Shown here: positions 48,027-58,819 of the stretch, in pieces
Numbering within the stretch: the first letter of the stretch is position 1
Layout: each line of letters begins with the position of its first letter
Source: Babesia bigemina
Taxonomy: Eukaryota
DNA length: 64,000 nt
Reading direction: 5' to 3'
NCBI RefSeq assembly: GCF_000981445.1
Contig: NC_027216.1
Span: 682,001 to 746,000 of the forward strand
Notes under the pieces: model-generated
Database searches by the model: none
What the model was told of the DNA's origin: nothing
Seen by the model: the letters and a program-made list of their open reading frames with translations, nothing else
Translations under genes and position numbers: made by a program

Positions 48027-49868
48027 TTACGGAACGATGCCTTCCGCGACGCTTTCCAGTGGTACACTCGCCACAACCTTCGGGCTCACAACGCCTGGGC
48101 AACTTTCTTCGCTTTCCGCAGCGTTATCCCACAAGCGCAGCGCGACGAATATGCAGAAGGGCGCCAGGAACACCAGCCGCAACGCTGCCATGATGCTCGT
48201 CGTTACAATGATTGCCTTCTGGCTCATCAGTGATTCCACGATCAGCGCCTGCGAGAGCATCCATATCCCGCACATCGTGTTGAGCGCGCCGACGATGGAG
48301 CCCATGTAGGTCGCATCGAACACGCTGTCCAGGTAGTTGTAGACCTGGGTGTTGATGATGCTGTACGTGCTCATGATGGCGATGCAGAGGAACACCCCGG
48401 CGTAGTAGTTCGAGCTCGTTAGGAGCAGGTGCATCAGTATCCCCACGGAGTTCATGGCGATCAGGATCCAGATGGGGTCGACGTACATGTAGAGCACGGC
48501 GAAAACCAGGCATGGCACCGCCGACAGCTGGATCATGTACTCGCTCAGCGTGACCAGCTGCGGGTTATCCTTGTGCATCAGGGTCAGCGTCTGCTGCACG
48601 TAGGTGATGCTGCTGAAGTTGAACGCGAAGTACAATAGCGACGCGATCACCTCCTTGCGCGTTAGCGTGTACAGCAGCCCCTTCACGGTCCACTGGGGCG
48701 CCGCAGTCGCGTCCGACGGGGTTTTCTCGGCGTGGCACTCGGCAATGTCGATATTCACATCAGCACCCTGGACCAGGTCGTCCAGTATCATATTGATTGA
48801 CGTGCCGTCCACTGCAGTTGTGGTCTCGGCAATGTCTTTCACCTTCGGCGTTGGCGCATCCGATGTGGGTGCATCCGATGTGGGTGCTTCAGGAGTGGGC
48901 ACTTCTGCCATTGGCGCATCCGTCGTAGTCACTTCTGTCGTGATTGCTTCCGTCATAGTCACTTCCGTCGTAGTCACTTCTGTCGTGAGTGCATCCGATG
49001 TTGGCGCATCCGTCGTAGTCACTTCTGTCGTGAGTGCATCCGATGTTGGCGCATCCGTCGTAGTCACTTCTGTCGTGAGTGCATCCGATGTTGGCGCATC
49101 CGTCGTAGTCACTTCTGTCGTGAGTGCATCCGATGTTGGCGCATCCGTCACAGGCGCTTCCGTAGTGGGCGCTTCTGTTGTTGGTAGATCCGATGTGGGT
49201 GCATCCGGAGCGAGTGCTTTCGTCGTTGGCGCGTTGACGCTTTCCAGCTTGCCGGGCATGAAGAAGATGCACAGCAGCAGCGACGGTATGATGAACACTA
49301 TCGTATACTGGTAGTTGAGCTGCTGCGGCGTGAGCAACTCGTACTCCAGCATCATCAGCTTCAGCTTCATCAGCATCGACGCGAAGCCGCCCAACATGCC
49401 GATGACGAGCACAGATACATATCGGAAGCGCTCGTTGTACATCCCGATGGTCAACGCGGGGAACACGATGAAGTTGGTGGACAGCCCGGTGATGAAGAAC
49501 GCGGCAATCAGCCCGCCCTTCGCGCTCACCGCGAAGCCCATCAACGTCCAGCCGATGACGCGCAGCACCACGCCGACCACCGCCGTCAGCCGCGGGCCGA
49601 CGTGGTCCATGAAAATGCCGATAACGACGCTCAGAAAGCACTCGGCCACCCGACTGATGGGCAGCAGCAAGCTCAGCTTCTGGCGTTGCTCCTCGCAGTA
49701 CCACGTGTCCTGCACCGCCGACTCGGGCGGCGCTGTCACGCATGCATCGATGTACGCACCCTGCCGGTACAGATACTTCTCAGTGCTGCTCCAGTTGTCG
49801 TAGAAGGGGCCCACGAACGTGGCGATGATACTATATATTAATAATCGAGTGACCCAGTGCACCTTCAT
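48027..49868 (-). CDS. MFS-fold transporter, ApiAT-like, tandem paralog with Thr-rich repeat loop
   Basis: ATG 49868 (MKVHWVTRL), GAY..AC..CEEQ, GIFMDHVGPR. Homologous to the neighbouring gene. Confidence 0.8.
   Translation of the reverse strand: MKVHWVTRLLIYSIIATFVGPFYDNWSSTEKYLYRQGAYIDACVTAPPESAVQDTWYCEEQRQKLSLLLPISRVAECFLSVVIGIFMDHVGPRLTAVVGVVLRVIGWTLMGFAVSAKGGLIAAFFITGLSTNFIVFPALTIGMYNERFRYVSVLVIGMLGGFASMLMKLKLMMLEYELLTPQQLNYQYTIVFIIPSLLLCIFFMPGKLESVNAPTTKALAPDAPTSDLPTTEAPTTEAPVTDAPTSDALTTEVTTTDAPTSDALTTEVTTTDAPTSDALTTEVTTTDAPTSDALTTEVTTTEVTMTEAITTEVTTTDAPMAEVPTPEAPTSDAPTSDAPTPKVKDIAETTTAVDGTSINMILDDLVQGADVNIDIAECHAEKTPSDATAAPQWTVKGLLYTLTRKEVIASLLYFAFNFSSITYVQQTLTLMHKDNPQLVTLSEYMIQLSAVPCLVFAVLYMYVDPIWILIAMNSVGILMHLLLTSSNYYAGVFLCIAIMSTYSIINTQVYNYLDSVFDATYMGSIVGALNTMCGIWMLSQALIVESLMSQKAIIVTTSIMAALRLVFLAPFCIFVALRLWDNAAESEESCPGVVSPKVVASVPLESVAEGIVP
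48850..49205 (-). repeat. Coding repeat: four perfect 45-bp units (48967-49146) inside a degenerate 15-bp pentapeptide array
   Basis: Encodes (DAPTSDALTTEVTTT)4 flanked by EAPTT/DAPTS/EVTMT variants. Confidence 0.95.
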
Positions 49869-49995
49869 TGCGGGACAGAAGCGCGGTATAAGCCGAAAAG
49901 GGCACTGCGAACACGTCAAATTTGAAAGGGTTCTGCTTGGATGATGTCGCTATTAGCGGCGAGATAGGCGGTGGTAAACGAGCGAGTCGCGGTGC

Positions 49996-51852
49996 TCAGG
50001 CGAGAACAGCTTTACCCAGAATCAGCAGGGATGGATCAGGCAGACGCCAGATACGCACCTCGCCATCCGAGCCGCCAGTCACCACCAATCCTTCGGGCTC
50101 CAGAACTCGCAATACGTGAACTTGCTGCACACATTTGGACGGTATGAGGTAATGACGTACCGCGTGGCGATGCGCGTACCAAGAGTACAGCATCACACCC
50201 CTGGCGACGCACCAGATGGCGACGACCTCCTGCAAACGGTTAATCGGTATCGGCTGCGACTCACGTCGTAAGCTACCAGCAGCTGCTTGGCTTGCGGCCG
50301 GAACGCGAAATCGTAGACCTGGTAGGTCGAAAAGCTGCTGGTGCTGGTGTTCACCGAGAATTGCGCGGAACGGATGGACATCGGAAAAGAGATGGTGGCG
50401 GTGTTGGACTGCGTTTCTGACGGTACGGCGGGTGACGGTTCCCTCTGGAAGCCGATCCCGGTCATCTCCCTGGGCACGGGAGGCAACGACGAACCCTTGG
50501 GCCTCTTAAGCTCGCGTATCGTGTCCAGCGGCGAACGGGAGTACCTGAAGCACGACACGCAGTTCCCGTGCGCGACGATGACGTTGCTGGACGTGCAGTG
50601 GATCTTCCTGATGTTCATCGGCGGCGGCACCTCGCAGCTGTCGACAAACACGGGCAGCTCGTCCATCATGTAATAGGTGTAAATCTTGTTGCTGGACGTT
50701 CCTGCGCAGCCAATACGAGACGGCACTCATTTAACTCACCGATTAGCATCGTTCGGGGTGGCGCTACCGCGGAGGCCAGCAGCTTATCCCCGTTCAGGCG
50801 CTTGGTCAGCTTCCCGCCACTCACGGTCTTCGGCAGCGTGACGTCGAAGCACCGGATGGTGTCGTCGTAGCCGCTCGTGAAACCCAGGTGCTTCATCATG
50901 TCCAAGGACAACACGGGCCCCGAGTGCAGCGCTAGGCTGCTGATGCTGACGAACTCCGTCCACTGGTTCTCCATGCGATATATGCCCACATAACCGTCAT
51001 CCTTGGCGACGACCAGAGTGGAGGTCTCCGGCATGTACTTGATCGCGCGGACCTTGTGGTGGAACAGCTGTTCCGAAACCTTGGTGACTTCGTCCGTGAC
51101 GTTGGCACCTGCGCGCCGTTAGCGCTGCACAGCTCAACCCTACCCATTTTGAACACACGCACTGCACCCAGCACGTCCGGCTCAATTAGTGACCACATGC
51201 GGCCGATCTTGCTTAACGCCGTCTTCTCCTGCAGCGCGTGAACGCCATGGGTGGAGGAACAAACCTCGTAGGCAACGATCATGATCCCCTCATTTTCCAG
51301 GTTGCCCACGTCCGAAACAGCCAGGTGGGAGGCGGGGGTTGAGGTCAGCAGAGTAGCCTGCAATGCGATTGCCGAGAAAAAAATAGTAACGATAACTCAC
51401 GGAAACGGGTGGCGGGGCGCTCTGCAGGTGACGCAGAAGGTCGCAAAAAATCAACACATCCGTGCAGGACCTGGTGTCTGGACGACGCAATACCTCCTGA
51501 AAACGATGTAGCTGAGGTTGACGATGCGTTCTGTACGCATCACAGAGTTCGCATTACCTGTATGAACTTCTCTATTGCCACTTCGGCATTGTACACGTCG
51601 CCCATAGGGTCAAGGCTGCCGGAGAGCTGGAGGTCAGGGAGCAGCGGCACATCGGTGAACTCCTGAAAGACAAGGCTTTCCTGCAGCTGCTCGAAGTCGG
51701 AGAAGCTCTTCTCGACTGCGGCGCATATTGGCTGCCTGAAGGCGGCGTAACGTACTGTTCCACTCGGCCTGCTTGTACTTCATGTGTAGGTTGTACGTGA
51801 AGTGGTAAGCGTTGACGCGCTGCACTGAGCAGCTCAGAGTAGCGACATCCAT
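49996..51852 (-). CDS. PX-domain + WD40-repeat protein (multi-exon)
   Basis: Spliced N-terminus EWN|IEKSFSDFEQLQESLV..VPLLPDL..RRPDTRSCTDVLIF is PX-like. WD motifs HSGPVLSLD..FTSGYDDTIRCFD and VVTGGSDGEVRIWRL. Confidence 0.7.
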
Positions 51853-52027
51853 CGTTACAAGCTTTGTCCGACCAATGTGTAAGCTCTGCGACTCAGCCGG
51901 CACGGCGGACGCATATGTGGTTGCCGGCCGCGCTCCTCGGGCAGTGACATCGGCGCGCCAACGCTGGTGAGCCAACACTCCTGGTTCGGCGGAATCTCAT
52001 TCTATAAATTGAAGCAAGACCTGCAGC

Positions 52028-53657
52028 ATGAGCGGAATGGAAGGATCCAATGAGATGGCAACTAACAGCGACACGGAGGTAAGGAAACCGGCTGGTTACG
52101 CCAAGGAGTTGCAGATGTCTGACGGCAGTCAGGATGCCGTATCAGAAACCGAGTCGGGGACTACGAAGGCGCCTCTGGTGTGGACCAAGGACATTCGGCC
52201 GCTCAAAGAAGGTTGGTGAACTCTGTAGTTGCTTGATGGGATTGCGAACAAACACGTGGGATCGAAGCAGATACACAAGCAGTGCTTTCGTTGTTCGTTA
52301 ATTATGGTTGTTTTTTATGTATATCATTGCTTTGGTGAACAATTCGGTTATTGCAGTGAAGTTGTGCCTCTGGCGCTGTTAACGCATACATGGTATTTTC
52401 GTTGCTGCGTGGAATGGATGTTTAATGCGCGCAAATGTTGCGATGTTGCTAACCTAAATTTACAGATGAGGTGCTGGAAGTCGCTCCCGGTTGCTACGAT
52501 ATGCTCCACACCATAAACGTGGACTGGCCCTGCCTTTCGTTCGATATCATGGCGGATGAGCTCGGCGCGTGCCGCGTGCAGTTCCCCCACCAATGCTACG
52601 TCGTCGCAGGAACGCAGCCGGACGACAGGTCGAAGAAGGAGGCGGCCGTCCACGTAATGAAGTGGTCCAACCTATCCAACAACGAAGGCATGGAACTTTC
52701 GGAGGATGAAAGTGACGACGAGGACTCCGCATGCGTGCTAAAGTGCAGCAGCCTGCGCCACCCGGGAATCGTTAATCGCATCAGGTGCTGCCCGCAGTCC
52801 AACCGGCTGGTGTGCACCATGGCCGACACGGGCAAAGCGCACATCTGGGACGTCGACGCGCACCGCGCAAGGCTCGACCAGGAGGGATCGGAGCACCACA
52901 TGGAAAAGGGCAAGCCCGTTTACACCTGCGAGCTGCATGAGGAGGAGGGCTACGCAGTTGGATGGAGCCCCACCACAACCGGCGCTTTGGCCACCGGTGA
53001 CTGTGCGGGCGCCATCGTTATGTGGAACCCCGTAGACGCCGGTTGGAGCCATCTGCGCTATTTCAACGCGCCCAAGTCCGTGGAAGATATACAGTGGAGC
53101 CCTGTGGACGAGCACGTGTTCGCATCGGCGTGCTGTGATGGCTATGTCAGGTATGGGCACACAGCTGCCACACATCTCGTCGCAGGATACACGACGCGCG
53201 AGCGCCGAAGGATAATGTGAAGGTCATACGCGTCTGCGACGGCGACATCACGGACGTCAACTCGATAGCGTGGAACCCGAGCCAAACTAACCTCTTGGCA
53301 ACGGGGGACGAAACGGGAGCGGGGACGGTATTCGACCTGCGCTTCAGCGACGTGCACATGGCTAAGCTCTCGTGGCACAACCAGGCCATCACCAGCATCG
53401 CGTGGCACCCAACTGACCCGGCGGTGTGCATCGCCAGCTCCAGGGACGACTCCGTCTCCATCTGGGACCTCTCCGTGGAAAGCGAAACGGCGGCCGAAGC
53501 CTCGGACAACGGCCAGAACATACCCCAACAGCTCATGTTTTTGCACATGGGGCAAACGGAAATTACCGAAGTCATGTTCCACCGTCAGATACCCGGAGTT
53601 GCGATATCGACGTCGGCGGACGGGTTCAACATCTTCAAGTGCATTAACATCGATTGA
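52028..53657 (+). CDS. GRWD1: GRWD1/Rrb1 ribosome-assembly WD40 protein
   Basis: YDMLH...WPCLSFDI, YVVAGTQ, VNRIR, EGYAVGWSP, SVEDIQWSP, IWDLSVE, IPQQLMFLHMGQ, DGFNIFK. Introns ~52212-52465 and ~53151-53185. Confidence 0.9.
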
Positions 53658-53782
53658 GATGCGCCACGTGCACGACCAAACCATTACGCTAATGTTGGGC
53701 AGATTAGTGCTACGTGGCGTGCAGCGACATGCGCTCTATAGTTTGTGTACGATAACGGCGCGCGGACGCTGCCCTGGCCGAC

Positions 53783-55445
53783 TCACTGAGCCAGCTTGGA
53801 CAGAATTGCCTTCGCCTTGCCGACAGTCTCAAGCGCATTTGTGCGCATCGCGGTCAGGGCGCGCCAGTCGCTCAGGATAGCCGCCGAATCCGGCGCTGGG
53901 TCGTCGTCCGGCTTGAAGATGAGCGGTATGTCCACCATGTAAGTCTCCAGCCCGGACAGCAGGTCCAACGTCTCCCGGATCTCGCTGCTCGCCAGGTTTT
54001 TGAACAGCGCCGTTTTGAACATTAACGCCGGCTGCGCGATCCTTTTGAGGCGCGCTAGAACCGAATCTTCCGCGCCAACAAGGGCGCCAGAGGGGGCTGG
54101 GGTGCTGTGCTGCACCTGATTTTCCGCCTCCTGCAGTTTCTGTAAGCGCGACAGGTAGGGCTCCTGCGCAGCCGTGAACAGCCTGTTAAACTCCTCCGGG
54201 TCCATCTTGAAGCACGTTGTGGAGCCGATGGACTTGATGTACTCCACGGCGGACACGAGCAGAGTGAAGCCGTATGCCTCTTCGGCAATGTGGCGGCTCG
54301 GGTGCCGAAAGTGCTGGATGAACTCGATCGAGGACCACAACTCATGGGGGTTGGCGCGTACTGTGACATAGATCAGCAGCGGTAGAGTCTCATCTGCGGA
54401 CGCTGGTTTGTTGCTGCGGCATCATGGATGCGTCAAATTCGAAACCCACCTAGAGCCTTCAAGGGCATGCACAACCAGCCTGCAGCAGTTCAAAATCGCA
54501 ACCATCTTGTCGCGCGGCGCCTTAAAACGCGATATGTGGTTGAGCTGTTCCTGCGCATCCTTCAGAAGATCAACGTCCACCGATGACGACACTTCGAGAT
54601 GCTTGGGTTCAACCCAGTCCAGGCACCTCATCTTGATCCAGAGCCGTTCGTCCTCTATACGGTCTTTGGGATCCATGCTGTAGCACCTATACATTTATTA
54701 GATGGATCCAATAGCAACTCACTGTGGATAGAGCTTCTGCATGGTGAACTTCTCGAAGAATTCGGCCGACATCGCCCTCTCTTCGTCGGGGAGGGAGGCG
54801 AAAGGTGCGGTAGCCAGCAGGCGGGGTGTATAGATGTCAATGAAGTTGTGCACCACAGCTGCCGCATCGGCTCGAGACATCTTGCCCGGCAGCATCGCCA
54901 TCACCCCCTTCACGGCGCGAATGATGTCGACACAGGACGCATGTTTCAAACGATCCAGGAACCGGTTGTAGGGGGTCAAGTTTTTCACAATTGTTTGGGA
55001 ATCTGGGCCGTGTTTAACCACAAGTCAAATACTTATTTCTTACCGTTGTCGTTTTCCGATATGAGCGAGGGGAGGGGAGACATGCCCTCACACCTCGCAG
55101 CAGGGGTGTCCAGGAGCTCGTACTTGGCGGGACTCACGCCCAGCGGGACTGTGGAGAAATCCGAATGCGCGACATCGTTGGCACGGTTGCTAGGGGTGAC
55201 ATCGAGGTGGTCATCGGCGATGTCGCTGGCGCCGCCTGAGAACACCCCGGAGAAGTCGTCCGAGTTGCCGTCATTTGCAATGTCGAAGCTGGGCACTACG
55301 TAGCCAACTTTGTCATCCAATGCGATATCCTCCGCCGTGGAATCTCGTGGGCTGATGGTCACGAGCTCTGCGTTGATCTATTGGAAGGTTGCCGCTCAGT
55401 CTTACCGGTGGCGGAGTCCTCGTCCATCGAGGTAGGGAATTCCAT
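53783..55445 (-). CDS. VPS9: VPS9-domain Rab5 guanine-nucleotide exchange factor
   Basis: FEKFTMQKLY, LDWVEPKHL, FKAPRDKM..ILNCC, SADETLPLLIYV..ANP..LWSSIEFIQHFR, EEAYGFTLLVSAVEYI. Multi-exon. Confidence 0.88.
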
Positions 55446-56400
55446 TGTGACCGCAAACAGCGCCAAATGCTCACTAGTCACAGGCAGATGGCAACCATCG
55501 TTATAGGCTATTAGCGTGCGGTGATGGTTCGGATTTGCATAAGTTGGTGACGACTTATGGCTTCACTGCCAACACGGTCGTCAAATCACGGTATGGAAGG
55601 CAACTGAAATATTATCTAGATCCACAGAGTTACGCTACTGATTATGCATAGGTGTACAAACGGCAAGTGGGTGTAGGATCAGGGTATGTCGGATCATACG
55701 GCCGACTCGGGGTGATACACGGCAATGTGTGTGACCGCGATGAGGAATGTTCAGAATCGGCAATGCGCGTCGACTACGTGAATACCGTTATGTGAATCTA
55801 GTATGTGTATTTGTAAAGGTTTGGCGAGCTTGTTTCGGTCCCTAAGGAGGCCGATAGATATCAAACTATGCCGTGTCAACGTTCATAATTCCACAGCCAT
55901 TGTATATATATCAAACACGCTGAACGTGTCATTACACGTACGCACACACTTGAATATATTGTAATACAAATCAATCCTAATTCAACCAGACCGGGACAGC
56001 CTAAAGGTAGCAGGTCCGACAACAGGCCAAAGAGCTAAAATGCCAGGCGACAAACAGCTATCTCTGTCGCTGAGAAACTTTAGTGTGTAAGGCCGGAGAG
56101 CTTTTACTGCCGTCTAGCAAAGTGATACTATCGCAACAATTGCCAAACACTAACAACAAACGGTGTGTATGTCTACTCAGAAATGTCGGCTGTCTAAAAT
56201 GCGTCATAAGGAATGACAGAAACCACACAATAGAGGCTTCAGAATTCCTAGCATTCTATAGAACTGACAGCCGTGGAGCTTAACGAACCCGTTACGCTCG
56301 AACGCCCTAGAAGCCCCGCTACACAACCACATGAACTGACGCCCGAGCAGCTAACCCAGTAAACACATATGTGTGTATTTTTTTCATTGTATTGGGAATC

Positions 56401-57392
56401 ATGGGGGCCGTCGATTACGCTAGGAAACTAGCGCGGTCGTTTGTTTTCTACTCTATATGTCTGGTCACATACCTGACGTCCGTTCTCGTCATAACGTTAT
56501 ACGTCGGTTTAGTGTTCCCTGTGTACCTATGGAACAAGCCGGCGGTCGTCAAGGTCACAAACTGGATGTTCTTCACCTGCTTTAATCTAAGTAGGTGCCT
56601 TACCGCCACCCGTCATCCTTCGCAGTTGGATTTGTGTTCAACCGCTCATGGAAGTGCGTAATGCTCAACGACCTGCCGGAGGACTATAAGAAGAAGCAGC
56701 GCATATACATGTTCAACCACCTCTCGTCCTCTGACCCGTTTTTGGTCACCCACATCGGCATGAAGCTGCCGTTGGTTTGCACGTACAAGGACTCCCTCCA
56801 CAAGATTCCCACCACACGACTCATGATGGGTCTCAGTGGACAGTTGGCTATTAAGTTCATGTACGACAAGGCGAACGACAGGAAAATACCGGTTCGCGAC
56901 AGTGTCGGGAAACTGATGAAGGTGCGTTGTGTATATGGATGCAAAGCTCAGATGCGTGCAGGATTGCAAGGATGCCATGGACCAAGGATTCAACTTGTGC
57001 GTGTACCCAGAGGGTAAACGCAGCCGGGACGGAGTCTTACAGGAATTCAAGGACGGGTTCTTCAGGTTCGCTGTAGAACACGGCGTGGAGATCCAGCCAT
57101 GCGGTAATCACGCCATAACAGTGAATACACAGCAACGCAGCGATCAGCAACTCGGCAGCTCTGTGGCCGCTGAAGAGCACCTTCCTGATCGGTTCGGGTT
57201 TGGCTTACATTAACATCGGAAAGCCCATCAGCCCTGAGGTAACGCCGGAACTGCATAAGTAGCCTCAATCACGCGCAGGGCAAGACTGTAGAGCAACTCA
57301 AGCACGCCACTCGCAAGGCTATATACGACGCGCTCAGGGCGTGTCCGACATTCAACCCTGCGTTGGAGACGGTCCCCGAGCTGGAAGACTGA
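56401..57392 (+). CDS. 1-acyl-sn-glycerol-3-phosphate acyltransferase (PlsC/LPAAT family)
   Basis: N-terminal TM segment, catalytic FNHLSSSD (NHX4D), YPEGKRS, FKDGFF. About four short introns; stop 57390-57392. Confidence 0.88.
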
Positions 57393-57752
57393 GAGTGTTC
57401 ACGACGGCAGCAACGCTGCAAATTCAGAAACATAACACATAATAACTAACGTGAAATATATAGTTAGGGTGTGCCACGTTGCAAAAATGGCTTTGACATA
57501 GGTAGTGACGCGGGGCTTCTCACCTCCGTCGCTGCACTACGCCATCCGAGTTTTGAATTGCACATATTTACGCGCCCATTTTATTTTCAGGTCTGTGTGT
57601 ATTTAGGTCGGAGTAAATGTGGTACGGAGGCCATTTTGATGGTCAGTGAGCGCCCAAAGGGGTGTCCAACCTGGAATACCGTTTCTTCGCTGGCTGTAGC
57701 CGCGGCGGTTTTACACGCGAACGCGTATATATCGGATAAATAAATCGTCACG

Positions 57753-58181
57753 ATGGTATGGAGCAACTGGTGGCCTCATGACCCCGTGCCGGAGAGCAAA
57801 GCAACCGACCCTTATATCGTCAAAGTGAAGCCGTCCCAGGTGAGGAACTGGCTCTGTCGCTGCAAAGCTTGTTCAGGTGTACTGGTGGTGCTCCTGTGGA
57901 CGTTCGCAAAGGCAGCCGTGGTGCGATGGATCTCACAAAGGCACACGTAGGTTGTCATCACAGGCCTCTTATGTAGCGCAGAGTTCAAGCCGGTGATGTA
58001 CGTACCGCGCCACAACGCCACCAGACTCATGTGCGGATGCAAGTACTCCTATAGGAAGCCCTTCTGCGACGGCAGCCACATGTGGGTAAAGGCACACAGG
58101 AACGTTCCGAAGGCAGCCGTTGCGGCATTTGGCTTCTTCTTCTCCGTGGGTGTCTTCACCTCGTGGATCTGCCACCCATAA
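57753..58181 (+). CDS. CDGSH iron-sulfur (NEET) protein with two CDGSH motifs and C-terminal TM
   Basis: WCSCGRSQRQPWCDGSH and MCGCKYSYRKPFCDGSH after removing two short introns. Hydrophobic C-terminal tail. Confidence 0.9.
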
Positions 58182-58819
58182 ATTTGCGAACTTATTGTAA
58201 TTATACGCAATACAATATCTATCTGTATGTGCGGTGCGAAGCGTAGGATGTTAGCCAGCATTTAGTATATTAATTGGTTACGAGGGATTGCGATCATGGC
58301 CCATCCATCGTGTGAAATAAAATGAAAAAAGAAGGGGATCAATGTCGATAATGGACTCGTTGTTTAGCCTTGTAATGCGCTTTATAGTGGAAAATTGTGA
58401 GACTGGTTGAGCGTGGTATTGTTGAAGGCTGACAGGAACATAGGGGTACGCTGTGCACGTCAATGTTGGTATAATCCCAGAGGAACAGCAATATGGTGTA
58501 TCAAGACCATGTGCGTACATAGGTATCTATGATGTGGAGTTTACCGTCGTGACATGGCTGCTATTGGATATCTGCGATATATGGCTACTAATGTCATGAG
58601 CAGCGTTCCATGCGGTTACAGCGCTGCTCTAACATTGAAATACAACAAAACAGTCGTAAGCATGATTCTGTAAGGCCAATATGAGAAAGGATGCTATTGG
58701 AAGCGGATTAATGAAAATGTTTATACAACCGGGAAACAATTGTTGTAGATCGTATCAACAAGCAAAAATGATGAAGCAAGAGCAGCAATGGAAACAACTG
58801 CATTTTTAGATTAGAACTT

